Origin: Squalus acanthias
Taxonomy: Eukaryota
Assembly (NCBI GenBank): GCA_030390025.1
Contig: CM059435.1
Coordinates: forward strand, 89,218,001 to 89,282,000
Direction of reading: 5' to 3'
Length of the DNA: 64,000 nt
Shown here in pieces: positions 48,029 through 61,435 of this stretch (position 1 is its first letter; every line of letters begins with the position of its first letter). A program made the position numbers and the translations under genes. Below the pieces are notes generated by a model. It had not been told where the DNA came from, did no database searches, and saw only the letters and a list, made by a program, of their open reading frames with translations.

Positions 48029-49121
48029 TATTTCCACTGAGAAGGAAATGAACTTTTTGTCTGCTTAAATAGAACAACATTGGCTTACATAATGATGAGG
48101 TGCTGCCTGACTATTTTCCAAAGATGCTGTCTGGAAGGTTCCATTAGCAAAGCAAGTTCTGAATTTGACCGGTACAGACAATGCTGCTCTCCTGGTAGAA
48201 GTGGGTTGCAGGTCTTCATTGCTCAACAGCATTTCACTCAGCGAGCACCTCATAGAAGTAGTATAATAGGAGCTACAGCAAGTATGTTAGCTGGTACAAA
48301 AGGTAGACGCAGTGTTGTAGATGGTGTGTATGGATTTGTTGGCAGCTTTTGGTGAGTGTTGTTCTGGAAGTAAACATGGCTTTTCAGAAAATAATCTTTT
48401 GGGAGACAGTGTATGAATAATTTGCGATATGCTATGTGGTAAGTATAGCATGCTTGGGAGGAAAAAGGTGACTTTGGATCTATGGTTCCCAAAGCGCTCC
48501 ACCATTGGGGGTTTCCTCATGCCATTTCTGGGTCTGTTGTAGACCAATTGATAGAGATTTATTGCTATGATTATTCAACAACTCCATTATCATTGTGTCA
48601 TGCAACTACCAGGATGGTAGAAGGCGAACTAGATGGACCTTGGTTTTTTCTCATCTAGCAATTTTTATGTTCACGGAGAGTTCAGGGTTCATTTCTGTGT
48701 ATGCTTGCAACTTTTTGGAATTGGATGATGGCAAGGGAAATTTAGATAGCTTTCTGGGTACTGGGCAGGATCAGATGATTGGCATTGCACATCAGTTGAG
48801 CATTAATTGAATGAAAACATTTTTCTGTTCATGAAATTGAAGAGGTTCTCATATGAGCCTTTGAATGTCACTTGCTCCTTGCACCTGTGGGAATCCTGTA
48901 GAATTGGATAGCTCACTTTCTTTGTTTCTATATTTCCACTAAGAAGGAATTGAACTGTCTGGCCTGCTAAAATGGAACATATTGCCTTATATAATGATGA
49001 GGTGCTGCCTGACTATTTTGGCAAAGATGCTGTCTGGAAGGTTCCATTTGCAAAGAAAGTGCTGAATTTGACCGGTACAGACAATACCGCTCTCCTGGTA
49101 GAAGTGGGTTGCAGGTCTTCA
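48029..49121 (-). pseudogene. Harbinger transposase relics, with a ~190-bp segment present twice (48029-48218, 48931-49121)
   Basis: EDLQPTSTRRAALSVPVK..FANGTFQTAS; GFPQVQGASD near 48865-48900. Confidence 0.75.
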
Positions 49122-49644
49122 ACCAGCCGTAGACATATCACAACAACTGCCTCCAGGGAAGAGCCCAGTATTCTAAGGAAGAAATGTGCAGAAAATTGTA
49201 AGTAACACCTTCCTGAATGGGTAGATACTTGCAGGGAATAAAGATTTGTTGTGATGCCTCATGTGTTAGCCACCCCTTATAGATTTTATTTAAATATGAT
49301 CTGTTGAAAGTTTTTTTTAGGTTCCCTTCAGCTTAAGCAGTGAGAATTACATTCTTTTGATCCCTCACCAACAGAATCATTTATTTAAAAAAGTGAATTT
49401 TCACAAAACACGTTTTGTCTGAAGATTGTATCACTATGATACTTCAGTCTGGATCTTGTGCTATTTTATCACAGAACAATTCGCGTGTTCATATCAAATT
49501 CCTGTCGTAATTTTAACGGATGAATTAACTCAATTTAAAGTAGCATGCTAAGTATTCATAAGATATCACACAGTTTTATTTCCTGGAATCCTTGAATTTA
49601 CACTATGCAATACCTTATGAAGGTTTACAAGCTCTGTGCTTTCA

Positions 49645-50375
49645 GACTACTTGTCTGACATTCAGTCCTAGAGGAACCATAACTTCCTCCAGCTAAACAC
49701 TGGGAAGATCAAAACCATTGTCTTCGGCCCCCGCCATAAAATCTATTCCCCTCACGTCCAACTCCATTCCCATCCAAACTGCTCAGAACCTTGCCATTCT
49801 ATTCAACCCTGTCCTGATCTTCTGACCCCATATCCTCTCCAACACAAAGGCTGCCTACTGCTTCCTCCATAACATAGCTTAGCCCATCTACCACTGAAAC
49901 CCTCACCCATGCCCTTGTCACTTTCAGACTCAATAACTCTAATGCTCTTCTGGCCAGCCTCCCACTCTTCACCATCCATGACTTTCAGCTCATCCAAAAC
50001 TCTCCTGCCTGTATCTTATCTTGTACAAGGTTCTGCTCACCCAACACCCTACATTGACTCCTGGTCCTTTGATGCCTCAAATTTAAAATTCTTATCCTTG
50101 TGTTTAAACATCTTCCTGGCTTGTCTCTCCCTATTTATGTAATCTCCTCCAGTCCTACAATCCCCCCTGAACTATCTGTTCCTCTCACCTCTTGAGAATC
50201 CCCTGCTACCTTTACCCCACCATTGGCAGCTGTGTCTTTTGCTGCCTAGGCCCCACTCTCTGAAATTCCCTCCCTTAAGCCCCCTGCCTCTCCACCTCCC
50301 TCTCCTCCTTTAAGACTCTCCTTAAAACCCAATTCTTTGACCAAGCTATGTCTTTTTTTTTGCAAGTTGTTGTTT
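49645..50375 (+). mobile_element. Degenerate L2 3' portion
   Basis: NFLQLNTGK-like start; homology to 29420-30290; tgcaagttgttgtt tail. Confidence 0.8.
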
Positions 50376-50386
50376 AACATCTTATA

Positions 50387-51139
50387 GGCCCGTATTTTCC
50401 GATGCCTACGGGTGTGTACAAGCTGTGTACACACCTGTAGGGACCTCGCAAGTGCTGGTTTCAGGCATGCGAAGCGCATGCGCTGAAAACCGGCATTTCT
50501 GATCTGTCAAGAATCCTCTTGACAGATCGGACGCCTGCCCTGGAGAAGGGCCTCTGCGGGTGGAGAGTTCCGCTTTCTGCAGAACCTCCGCCCGCTGAAA
50601 ACCCTTAGAACTCTTACGCCTGGTAAAAGCAGGGGTATGGCCTGCTTTTACCAGCATAAGAGTTTAAAAAAAAAAATTTTTTTCACTCATTTATAATTTA
50701 AAAATACTTTTAAAAAAGGTAAGTTTATTTTTAGCCCCGTAAAAAACTTTAATTATTTCTTTCAAAAAATTAAATTTTTGTTCAAAATATTTAATTTAAT
50801 GTAATTTTAACTCATTTTAAAAACATGATGGTTTTTTAAAACGTATTTAATGTTTTAGTGTCTTTTTGGGGTGATCTCCATTCATACTTTTGACAGGTCT
50901 ATCTGTCAAAAGTATGAAGGGAGATTCCCTTCTTTCATTGGCTCGCCTGGCCCACGTGATCCCAGGGACACTTGCGAACCGCCTGCACCCCTGGGATACG
51001 TGGGCCCTGCGCATTTCGACTGTGGAGAGGCCCAGCATCGGAAGTGTCCGGACCTCGGGAGCCCTCAGGTAAGGGCGTAGATTTTTTTCCGCTAGGAGGC
51101 ATCCGCACGCAGGAAGCCTCCTATCGGAAATTACAGGCC
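50387..51139 (+). mobile_element. Harbinger-type MITE, family A
   Basis: TIRs GGCCCGTATTTTCCGAT / ATCGGAAATTACAGGCC, flanks ATA/ATT. Confidence 0.88.
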
Positions 51140-52592
51140 ATTATTTTGTTGACAGACTTCAGAATGTCACAGGGCATTTCAATACCACCAAAAATTGCAG
51201 AATCAACAGTAAATGCAGTTTTCATGTACAGTGTTAAAGGAAACTTAAAAAAACTTCTAACAGATCAAAATTTAAATAATCTACTAGGGATGGCTAGGAG
51301 TACAGTGTATTGTGCGTTCCATAATGGTTTTGTGGACAGTATGTCACAAGTAAGACTACAGGGTGATTATAACCCTACCCGCCAGGTGAGTGGGCAGTTA
51401 AAATCGGCCAAGTTATTTACCCGCTCTGGAGCCGCCAGGAGCTGACAGGTTCTGATTTCCACATGCTTTCCTGAGCAGATAGTAGGTACTCCCACCAAAG
51501 CTGGCGGAGTCCTTTTTAACAGACATATGTCATGTCCCAATGTCATAATTGGGTCCGACTGCAATTTTTATGACACGGCCTGAGCGTAAAGCGGCTGTGA
51601 GTTTCCCACCAGGCCAACCCAGCAGTGAAGAAGATCAGGGCCAGAAGAGGCACAAAAAGGTAAGGTTGAAATGTGTTTTTATTTTCCTTGTGGCAAGCTT
51701 AGGACTCCTCTGCCAGGATTTTGCACCCACCCCATCCCCCGCAATCTGATCATGGGACTCCCCATGGGACAGCCTGCCAGCTGAACTCACTATTTACCTG
51801 CTGTCGGCAAATGGCTGATTTTCTGTGCGATTTTCCCAGCGTTTCCTGAAGACTTCCCACCCAGAACAGGTGGAAAGTCGGCTGGTAGGTTTTAAATGAG
51901 GCCTAGGAGATAAAATACACCGGGCCTCATTTCTGATCAGCGGATTTATTTATACCAGTCTGTGCCCGAGTTCTACCTCTTAGCTAGCCATATTAGGACC
52001 AAGATTCTCTTTCAGACTTTCCGCCAAAGTCATACCTCCGATTTCTCCTTACCCTCAAGCCAATTTTCAGTCCCTATGCACAGTGGGCTCCTGGTGAGTT
52101 TCATGTGACCAAGAGGGAGGCTGCCAGTGTGGAGAGGGGAATATCGATGAGCCAGCAAGGCATCTTAAAAGGGCAGAAGTGTCTCGAAGATCGGAAGACC
52201 TTGACCGAAACCAGGACCTTCAGTAGGTAAGTGTTTGAGGCTAGATTGGAGGGAGTGGAGGTCATTACAAGGCTCTCTTCCTGCCATTGAGGCAGTGGTA
52301 AGCCTCACTGCCCGAATTTTCCTGAGGCAGGATCATGAAGGAGAATTCTAGCCTAGGAGTCTGCAGAGATCCAAATTGACAAGGCACCTTTTTACCCCCA
52401 ACCCTTCGCCTGGAGCATAGTCATCTTTGTTTATTGATGCTACATTTATGCAATTTTCCCCAAAAATATTTATAGCTGACATTCAAATATTACTATTGAA
52501 AACATATTCCAACACAATGTCATATTACTAAAGGCTAAGGGATAAAGTTTAAGCTATTTGCCCTGACTGAATAAAAAGCCTACTGATTTATT

Positions 52593-53742
52593 GAGCTGGA
52601 TTTTGTTGTAGAAGTAATTATGAGCGGTCACATTTTAAAGTGTAAACCGGACAGCAACTTCCAGTGACGGCACATGCACAGTTAAGCACGGAAATCAGGA
52701 AGTTGCTGTCCAAGTTGCCCTGTTCCACCAGAAGCCTCGCTATAACAATACCTCACCGAGAGACTCGATCATTGAAACACTTGGAAAGGCGTGAAGTTGC
52801 TGTACTTACATGATAGATACCCACTAAACACACCAGAAAAAGTTAGGGCATGTCCATTCCAGTGTAAGTAATTTTTTAACGGCATAATAAGTCTTAATTA
52901 CTGCCAAACAATCTCTCTAGCACTAAAAATTAACTTTTAGAAGTGTGGAGTCTCATTCCTTCAGATTTCAGAAGAATGAGGTGATCTCATTGAAACATAT
53001 ACAATTCTTAAAGGGTTGATGCTGGGAGGATGTTTTCCCTGGCTGGTGAGTCTAGAACTAGAGATCACAGTCTCAGAATTAGGGGCCGGCTATTTAAGAC
53101 TGAGATGAGGAGAAACTTCTTCACTCAAAGGGTTGTGAATCTTTGGAACTCCCTTCCCCAGAAAGCTGTGGATCCTCAGTCGTTGAGTATATTCAAGACA
53201 GAGATCAATAGATTTTCAGATACTAAGGGAATCAAGGGGTATGGGGATAGTGTGGAAAGGTGGAGTTGAGGTAGAAGATTAGCCATGATCTTATTGAATG
53301 GTGGATCTGGCTCAAAAGGCCGAATGACCAACTCCTGCTCCTATTTCTTATGTCCTTATTTTAATTATTGTTGGAAATTTTAAAAAAATGTAAATAATTT
53401 TTTTTTACTTTTTCTTTCTGTTTATTTTATCCCACTCTTTTAATCCCATCTATCTTTCACTCTCTTTATTTTGCCTTCTCTACCTGATTTAACATTGAAT
53501 TAAATATTCTAACTTACATTTCCTGGTTCAGACTCTCTGTGCTCCTCATTAACGATGAAGGAGATACACAGTTGCTGGCCCTGTTCACACAGGTCCCAGA
53601 TGTTCTGTAGAGGGCATTGTGTTGAAATGACTCTCTAATCACAGTAAGTTCCAGTGCAAAATCCCATAGAAAGTCTGTGGGCAAGTGTAAGTATATTGAA
53701 CGGCTGCTGCATTTGTTCACCGCTGAGAGCAAAATCCGGCCC
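52593..53742 (+). mobile_element. Harbinger-type MITE family B with a nested CR1 3' end (~52970-53355)
   Basis: TIRs GAGCTGGATTTTG / CAAAATCCGGCCC, flanks ATT/ACT; CR1 peptide RRNFFTQRVVNLWNSLP. Confidence 0.8.
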
Positions 53743-53806
53743 ACTATTGCAATCATGTTTCCGTTATGAAGTAATTAATTTTAGAAGCCACGGCTGCCAT
53801 TCTAAT

Positions 53807-54576
53807 GGGCCAGAAATTCGGGTCTCCACGGGTGAGTACGCGCTGTGTACTCACCCGTAGACCCAACGAAAGTGCCGGTTTCGCGCATGCACTGCGCATG
53901 CGCTGGAAACCGGAACTTCCGTTCCCCTGAAGGAAGGGGTTCAGAGGTCGAACGCGTGCGCCGGAGAGGCAGCGCGTAGACCTCGAACTTCGTTTTTTTT
54001 TCAGGTTTCTCCATGAGGGTAAGTACGGAGAAGCTGCGCGGGGAAAAAGGAGGCGCAAGGCCTGCTTTTAACAAGGTAAGTGGTGAATTAAGTACAATTT
54101 AAACATTTTTTCAACAGGTTTATCTTTTTTACATACTTTAAAGAAAGGTAAGTTTATTTTTAGCACTGTTAAAAAGTGTAATTAATTTTTTCAAAAATTT
54201 AAATTTTTGTTTAAAGTAGTTAATTTATGTAATTGTAATTTATAGTTATTTTAAAAATGTGATTTAAAAAAAAAATTTATTTGAAGTTTTAGTGAGGTTT
54301 TGGGGCCGATCTCTATTCATTGATTTGACAGGTCTTCCTGTCAAATCTATGAATGAAGATTCCCTGCTCCGATTGGCTCTCCATGGCCCACGTGATCCCA
54401 GGGGACGCTTCGAACTAACTGCGCCCCTGGGATACGCAAGCACTGCGTGCCGGCAGCTGCAGGAGGCCCAGGAACCGAATTCCACGCGGGCCCTGAAGCA
54501 CAACGGCAGGCGCGGTATGTAAGTACGCGCGCAATTCTTGCACCCGCGGGAAGCCGGAGAGCCGAATTTCTGGCCC
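53807..54576 (+). mobile_element. Harbinger-type MITE family A, young copy
   Basis: Perfect 15-bp TIR GGGCCAGAAATTCGG, TSD AAT/AAT, CpG-rich. Confidence 0.95.
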
Positions 54577-54611
54577 AATGTTTCCACCAGAATGATGTCA
54601 TTGTTAACATT

Positions 54612-56440
54612 AGAGTCATAGATAAAGTTATACAGCACGGAAAGAGGCCCTTCGGCCCATCGTGTCCGCGCCGGCCATCAAGCCCTGTCTAAGCTAATCC
54701 CATTTTCCAGCACTTGGTCCGTAGCCTTGTATGCTATGGCGTTTCAAGTGCTCATCTAAATGCTTCTTGAATGTTGTGAGGGTTCCTGCCTCTACCACCC
54801 TGTCAGGCAGTGAGTTCCAGATTCCTACCACCCTCTGGGTGAAAAAGTTTTTCCTCAAATCCCCTCTAAACCTCCTGCCCCTTACCTTGAAACTATGCCC
54901 CCTGGTTATTGACCCCTCTACTAAGGGGAAAAGTTTCTTTCTATCTACCCTATCTATGCCCCTCATAATTTTGTACACCTCAATCAGGTCCCCCCTCAGC
55001 CTTCCCTGCTCTAAGGAAAACAACCCCAGCCTGTCCAGTCTCTCTTCATAGCTGAAGCGCTGCAGCCCAGGTAACATCCTGGTGAATCTCCTCTGCACCC
55101 TCTCCAATGCAATCACATCCTTCCTATAGCGTGGCGAACAGAACTGCACACAGTATTCCAGCTGTGGCCTAACTAGCTTTTTGTACAGCTCCATCATAAC
55201 CTCCCTGCTCTTATATTCTATGCCTCGGCTAATGAAGGCAAGTATCCCATATGCCTTCTTAACCACCTTATCTACCTGTCCTGCTGCCTTCAGGGATCTA
55301 TGTACATGCACACCAAGGTCCCTCTGATCCTCTGTCCTTCCTAGGGTCCTACCATTCATTGTGTATTCCCTAACCTTGTTAGTCCTCCCAAAATGCATCA
55401 CCTCATACTTTTCAGGGTTAAATTCCATTTGCCACTGTTCTGCCCATCTAACCAACCCGTCTATATCGTCCTGTAGCCTGAGGCTTCCCTCCTCGCTATT
55501 TACCACTCCACCAATTTTTGTGTCATCTGCGAACTTACTGATCATACCTCCTACATTCATATCTAAAACAGCAAAGGACCCAGCACCGATCCCTGCGGTA
55601 CACCACTGGACACAGTCTTCCAGTCACAAAAACAACCTTCGACCATCACCCTCTGCCTCCTGCCACAAAGCCAATTTTGGATCCAATGTGCCAAGTTGCC
55701 CTGGATCCCATGGGCTCTTACCTTCTTGACCAGTCTCCCATGCGGGACTTTGTCAAAAGCCTTACTGAAGTCCATGTAGACCACATCAACTGCACTACCC
55801 TCATCCACACACTTAGTCACCCCCTCGAAAAATTCAATCAAATTGGTGAGACATGATCTTCCCCTGACAAAGCCATGCTGACTATCCTTGATTAATCCTT
55901 GCCTCTCCAAGTGGAGACTAATTCTGTCCCTCAGAATTTTTTCCAATAATTTCCCTACCACTGATGTTAGGCTCACTGGCCTGTAAATCCCTGGGTTATC
56001 CCTACTACCCTTCTTGAATAATGGTGCTACGTTAGCTGTTCTCCAGTCCTCTGGCACCTCCCCTGTGGCCAGAGAGGTTCTGAAAATTTGTGTCAGAGCC
56101 CCTGGAATCTCCTCCCTTGCCTCACACAGCAGCCTGGGATACATCTCGTCTGGGCCTGGGGATTTATCCACTTTTAAGCCCGCTAAAACCGCTAGTAGCT
56201 CCTCCCTCTCAATACTAATTTGTTCAAGTATATCACAATCCCCCTGCCTGATTTCTATGCCTACATCGTCCTTCTCCATAGTGAACACAGATGCAAAATA
56301 TTCATTTAAAACCCCACCTACATCTTCCGGCTCTGCACACAGATTGCCACTTTGGTCCCTAATGGGCCCTACTCTTTCCCTGGTTATCCTCTTGCCCTTA
56401 ATATACTTGTAAAACACCTTGGGATTTTCCTTTATTTCTT
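54612..56440 (-). mobile_element. Young CR1 LINE, 5'-truncated; ORF2 RT broken by one small deletion at ~55565
   Basis: ORFs 55563-~56440 and 54694-55560: KSPGPD, YRPVSLTS, QHGF, DFSKAFDKVPH, GVPQGSVLGPLLF / [16 protein letters not shown]. Confidence 0.96.
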
Positions 56441-57978
56441 TAAGAACATAAGAAATAAGAGCAGGAGTAGGCCATACGGCCCCTCGAGCCTGCTCCGCCA
56501 TTCAATAAGATCATGGCTGATCATCGACCTCAACTCCACTTTCCCGCCCAATCTCCATATGCCTCGATCCCCTGGAGTCCAAAAGTCTATCTATCTCAGC
56601 CTTGAATATACTCAAAGACTCAGCATTCACAGCCCTCTGGGGCAGAGAATTCCAAAGATTCACAACCCTCTGAGTGAAGAAATTCCTCCTCATCTCAGTC
56701 TTAAATGGCTGACCCCTTATCCTGAGACTATGCTCCCTAGTTCTAGACACTCCAGCCAGGGGAAACAACCTCTTAGCATCTACCCTGTCAATCCCCTTCA
56801 GAATCTTGTATGTTTCAATGAGATCACCTCTCATTCTTCTAAACTCCAGAGAGTATCGGCCCATTCTACACAATCTCTCATCATAGGACAGCCCTCTCAT
56901 CCCAGGAATCAATCTAGTGAACCTTCATTGCACCGCTTCCAAGGCAAGTATATCCTTCCTTAGATAAGGAGACCAAAACTGTGCACAGTACTCCAGGTGT
57001 GGCCTCACCAAGGCCCTGTACAATTGTAGCAAGACTTCCTTACTCTTATACTCCAACCCCCTTGCAATAAAGGCCAACATGCTATTTGCCTTCCTTATTG
57101 CTTGCTGTACCTGCATGCTAGCTTTCTGTGTTTCTTGCATAAGGACACCCAAATCTCTCTGAACACCAACATTTCAAAGTTTCTCACCATTTAAAAAATA
57201 TTGTTTTTCTATTCTTCCTACCAAAGTGAATAACCTCACATTTCCCTACATTATACTCCATCTGCCACCTTACTGCCCACTCACTTAGTCTATCTATATC
57301 TCTTTGCAGACTCTTTGTGTTCTCCTCACAGCTTACTGTCCCACCTAGCTTTGTATCATCAGCAAACTTGGACACATTACACTCGGTCCCTTCATCTAGG
57401 TCATTAATATAGATTGTAAATAGCTGAGGCCCCAACAGTGATTCTTACAGCACCCCACTAGTTACAGCCTGCCAACCTGAAAAAGATCTGTTTATCCCTA
57501 CTTTCTGTTTTCTGTCCATTAACCAATCCTCTATCCATGCTACTATATTACCCCCAACCCCATGAGCCCTAATCTTGTGTAATAACCTTTTATGTGGCAC
57601 CTTATCGAATGCCTTTTGGAAATCCAAATATGCTACATCCACTGGTCCCCCTTTATCTACCCTACTAGTTACATCCTCAAAAAACTCTAATACATTTTTC
57701 AAACACAATTTCCCTTTCATAAAACCATGTTGACTCTTCCTAATCATGTTATGATTTTCTAAGTGACTTGATACCATTTCCTTAACAATGATTCCAGCAT
57801 TTTCCCGACGACTAATGTCAGGCTAACTGGCCTGCAGATCCCTGTTTTTTCTCTCCCTCCTTTCTTGAATACTGGTGTTACATTTGCGACCTTCCAATCC
57901 GCTGGGACCATTCTAGAATCTAGGGATTTTTGGAAGATCAAAACCAATGCATCCACTATCTCTTCAGCCACCTCTTTT
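56441..57978 (-). mobile_element. Second CR1 LINE, different subfamily, abutting the previous one
   Basis: Reverse tail taagaacataagaaataag; YLDFQKAFDKVPH, KFADDTK, LVRPHLEYC; frameshifts. Confidence 0.93.
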
Positions 57979-58532
57979 GACAGGAACGTTATTTTGGTGA
58001 ATGTTAATTTTTTCTTGATAGATATTTCTTGCCTGTTATGCCTTCTCAGAAGCATTCCAGATATTTGACTTCAAGTTGTAGGCTTCCGCACTGCTCACCT
58101 AGGCTCAGACATCCCTGTTCCCTCCACGGGCTCTCTCAAGGTCTCAAGATGCTCCAGCTCCTTTAAGCAACCACAGGCCTTTAAGCATTGCAGCAGTGCT
58201 TCAAATTCCTGCGCCCAGTAGGAGGCCTTAATGCATGCCCATATAATATCCATTACATACATATTAGCCCTGAGAGGAAAATGGAGTGCAGAGAAATAAA
58301 ATCAGGTGTAGAGCTATTCCAGTCCACTGCCTTTGCATAGTGCTCCTTGCTATTTGTCCTGGAGGGTCTGAGCAGGGGCCAAATTAAAATTGTCATGGCA
58401 GATACTGCCCTCTTTCAAGACACCTGCACTTCCACAATTCTTCTCTGCCCACCCCCAATGACTGCACAGGAGTCAGAAGGTAGGCTGGGCTAACCTGTCC
58501 CCACAGCAGTAGATAGTTCTCAACCTGTAGTG

Positions 58533-59660
58533 GAATCATAGAATCATAGAATGGTACAGCACAGAAGGAGGCCATTCGGTCCATCGAGTCTGTGCCAGCT
58601 CTTTCGAAGAGCAATCCAGTTAGTCCCACTCCCCTGCTCTTTCCCCATATCCCTGCAAACTTTTCTTCAAGTATTTATCCAATTCCCTTTTGAAGTCTAC
58701 TATTGACTCTGTATCCACCACCCTATCAAGCAATACATTCCAAATCCTAACCACTCACTGCGGAAAAATGTTTTCCTCATGTCGCCTCTGCTTCTTTTGC
58801 CAATCACCTTAAATCTGTGCTCTCTTGCTATTGACCCTTTAGCCATTGGAAACAGTTTCTCTTTATTTACTCTATCTAAACCCTTCATGATTTTAAACAC
58901 CTCTATCAAATCTCCTCTTAGCCTTCTCTGCTCTAAGAAGAACAACCCCAGCTTCTCCAATCTATCCACGTAACTGTAATCCCTCATAGAATCATAGAAT
59001 AGTTACAGCACAGAAGAAGGCCATTCAGCCCATTGAGCCCGTGCCGGCTTTCTGCAAGAGCACTTCAGCTAGTCCCACTCCCCCGCCCTTTCCCCGTAGC
59101 CCTGCAAATTTCTTTCCTTCAGATACTTATCCAACTCCCTTTTGAAAGCTGTCATCCCTGGAACCATTCTAGTAAATCTATTCTATACCCGCTCCAAAGC
59201 CATCATGCCCTTCCTAAAGTGTGGTGCCCAGAATTGGACACAATACTCCAGCTAGGGATGAACTAGCGTTTTATATAGGTTTAGCATAACTTCCTGGCTT
59301 TTGCACTCTATGCCTCTAATTATAAAGCCCAGGATCACACATGCTTTATTAACTGCTTTGTTAACCTGTCCTCCCATTTCAAAGATTTGTACACAAACAT
59401 CTCCAGGTCTCTCTGTTCTTGCACCCCCTTTAAAATTGTACCATTTAGCTTGTGTTGTCTCTCCTCATTCTTCCTACCAAAATGTATCAACTCACATTTT
59501 TTTTACCTTGCATTTCATCTGCCATGTGTCCACCCATTCCACCAGCCTGTCTATGTCCTCTTGAAGTCTATTACTACCTTCCTCACTGTTTACTACACTT
59601 CCAAGTTTCGTGTCATCTGTAAATTTCAAAATTGTGCCCTGTACCCCCCAAGTCCAAGTC
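58533..59660 (-). mobile_element. CR1 3' portion with a nested CR1 3' end (~58985-59150)
   Basis: Two catagaatcatagaat tails; RRLRGDLIEVFKIM. Confidence 0.88.
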
Positions 59661-60364
59661 ATGGAACCATCTGAGGCCCATGTTCAAAGAGATTGAGGGC
59701 CACATTGTTCCCAGTACCCTATCCTGGACGTTGTACTGGAGACATGGCTAAGCCCTCTGTCCCAGTCTCTTATCAGTGGAATTTCACTTAGAAGGTGCAC
59801 TAGGGTAGGTAGGCATGTACCTCAAATGCCTTCTTGGAAGAAGTGGGTAAAAGAGAAGCAATACAGTGACAAGCAATAGACACGCATGGACATACTGTTC
59901 AGTTTCAATAAAGCACAGTTTGGAATCTATGATTGTGTCAGCTGCATATTTTGAATGTTGGGGAATATGACAAGTGTTCATTAGAAGAATGATGCTACGG
60001 GAAGAGGAGGAGTGTGTTGGGTTGACTGTGACGCATCTCTTTTTATTGAAGGTGAGATGGAGTAGTTGTTTTGTCAGGTGAAGGGAGGATTCCTAGTGAG
60101 TCGTTAGCAGAGAGTATTTACAGCACTCCTGGTCATCCATCAAAGCCTCCTCATCATCCTCCAAGTAAAATATTGACAAAGGAATATCAAATGGCACACC
60201 CATTTTAGTATTGTGATACGGTCGAAGAAATATCACAGCCTCCAACACTAATTATAAGATGAATGTAGCCTTCATGAATAAATACGGAAGCAGTAAAACA
60301 ATTTTGAAAGCCAAAAGCCAAAGATACAACTGCTCTGAGTCATCAATGTTGGTATGGTAGATAG

Positions 60365-60740
60365 TCACATGATGAAATCATCATGACAGCTTCCTGGGCA
60401 TTGGACATTCACATGAAGGATATTATAATTGGCATCACACACTAGCTGCACATTAATGGAATGAATGCCTTTTCTATTCATAAAATTGAGAGGCTTCTCA
60501 TATGGAGTTGTGAGTGTCACGTGCGTTCCAGCAATTGTTCCTTGCACCTGTAGGAACACTGCCATTGTGTAGCTGGGGATAGCTCTCGTTGTTTCTCTGG
60601 TTCCATTTGAAAGAATATGAAGTGCATGGCCTGTCTGAAGAGATCATCAATCACTTTCTTTATGCTGTGTTGAACAGCTGCCTGACTAATGTGGCAAAGG
60701 TCTTCTGTGAAGCTCAATGCAAGAGCCTCCGATCCAGCTT
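60365..60740 (-). pseudogene. Harbinger transposase relic
   Basis: DLCHISQAAV..VQGTIAGTHV..FMNRKGIHSINVQLVCDA..V.CPGSCHDDFI. Confidence 0.85.
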
Positions 60741-61284
60741 TTTAATCTACTCATGCTCTTTCTCCTCAAAACAGAGGGATATAAGGATTCCCATTGGGGA
60801 ATCTATGTTCCCAGTCCACAACTATACTTTCTGCAGAGCTGACTAAACAGGGCAGTAGAAGTCTTGACGCAATCTATTAGTGGATGTCATATGCCAAGTG
60901 AGATGAGGTGCACTGACCTCAAGAAGTATGCAAGTAGGCACCATTGGAGGGAGAAGGATTGGGGTGGGTCCAAGAGAGAGGAGCATCTTTAGTTGTGAAG
61001 AAAAAGTATATTTGTTTAAAAAAATTATTGGATCAGCTCCCCGTGCAAGGGGGCTGCCCAGGGGCCTGGGCAACCCCCTCTCCAAATAATGGTTAGGTGT
61101 CAGATATTCCACTGCTTGAGGCAGTCAGATGCTGGAGATGCAGCCGGAGTGGCACAGGCAGCACTGGCCCAAAGTAACTTAGGTGTTTTTCTGCTGACCC
61201 TTATATTGACGTGCTCATACAAATGAGGAGTTGATTGCACACCATCCAGTTAGTGCAGAAAAAAGTCTCCTTGAAAACATTTAA

Positions 61285-61435
61285 AAATCTGTAAATCTGA
61301 AACAAAGAAGTAAATGCTGCAACATGCTGTCAGGCGCTAAAAAGAGAATCAGGTAGATACCTTCGAACATTGGCCTGTCTTTTCTTTTTCAGATGCTGAC
61401 AAACTTACTGTCTTTTTGGAGCATTTTCTGATTTC
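61285..61435. mobile_element. Highly degenerate head-to-head Penelope-type pLTR relic
   Basis: aaatctgaaa..aaatgctg on the left; cagatgctg..agcattttctg on the right. Confidence 0.45.

Noticed and set aside
51360-52335. Additional Harbinger-like MITEs
   Set aside because: GC-rich with TIR-like fragments, but paired TIRs and TSDs could not be defined.
55563-56501. ORF start MAEQARGAVW
   Set aside because: The first ~20 codons are the 3' UTR and tail of the neighbouring CR1 fused in frame.
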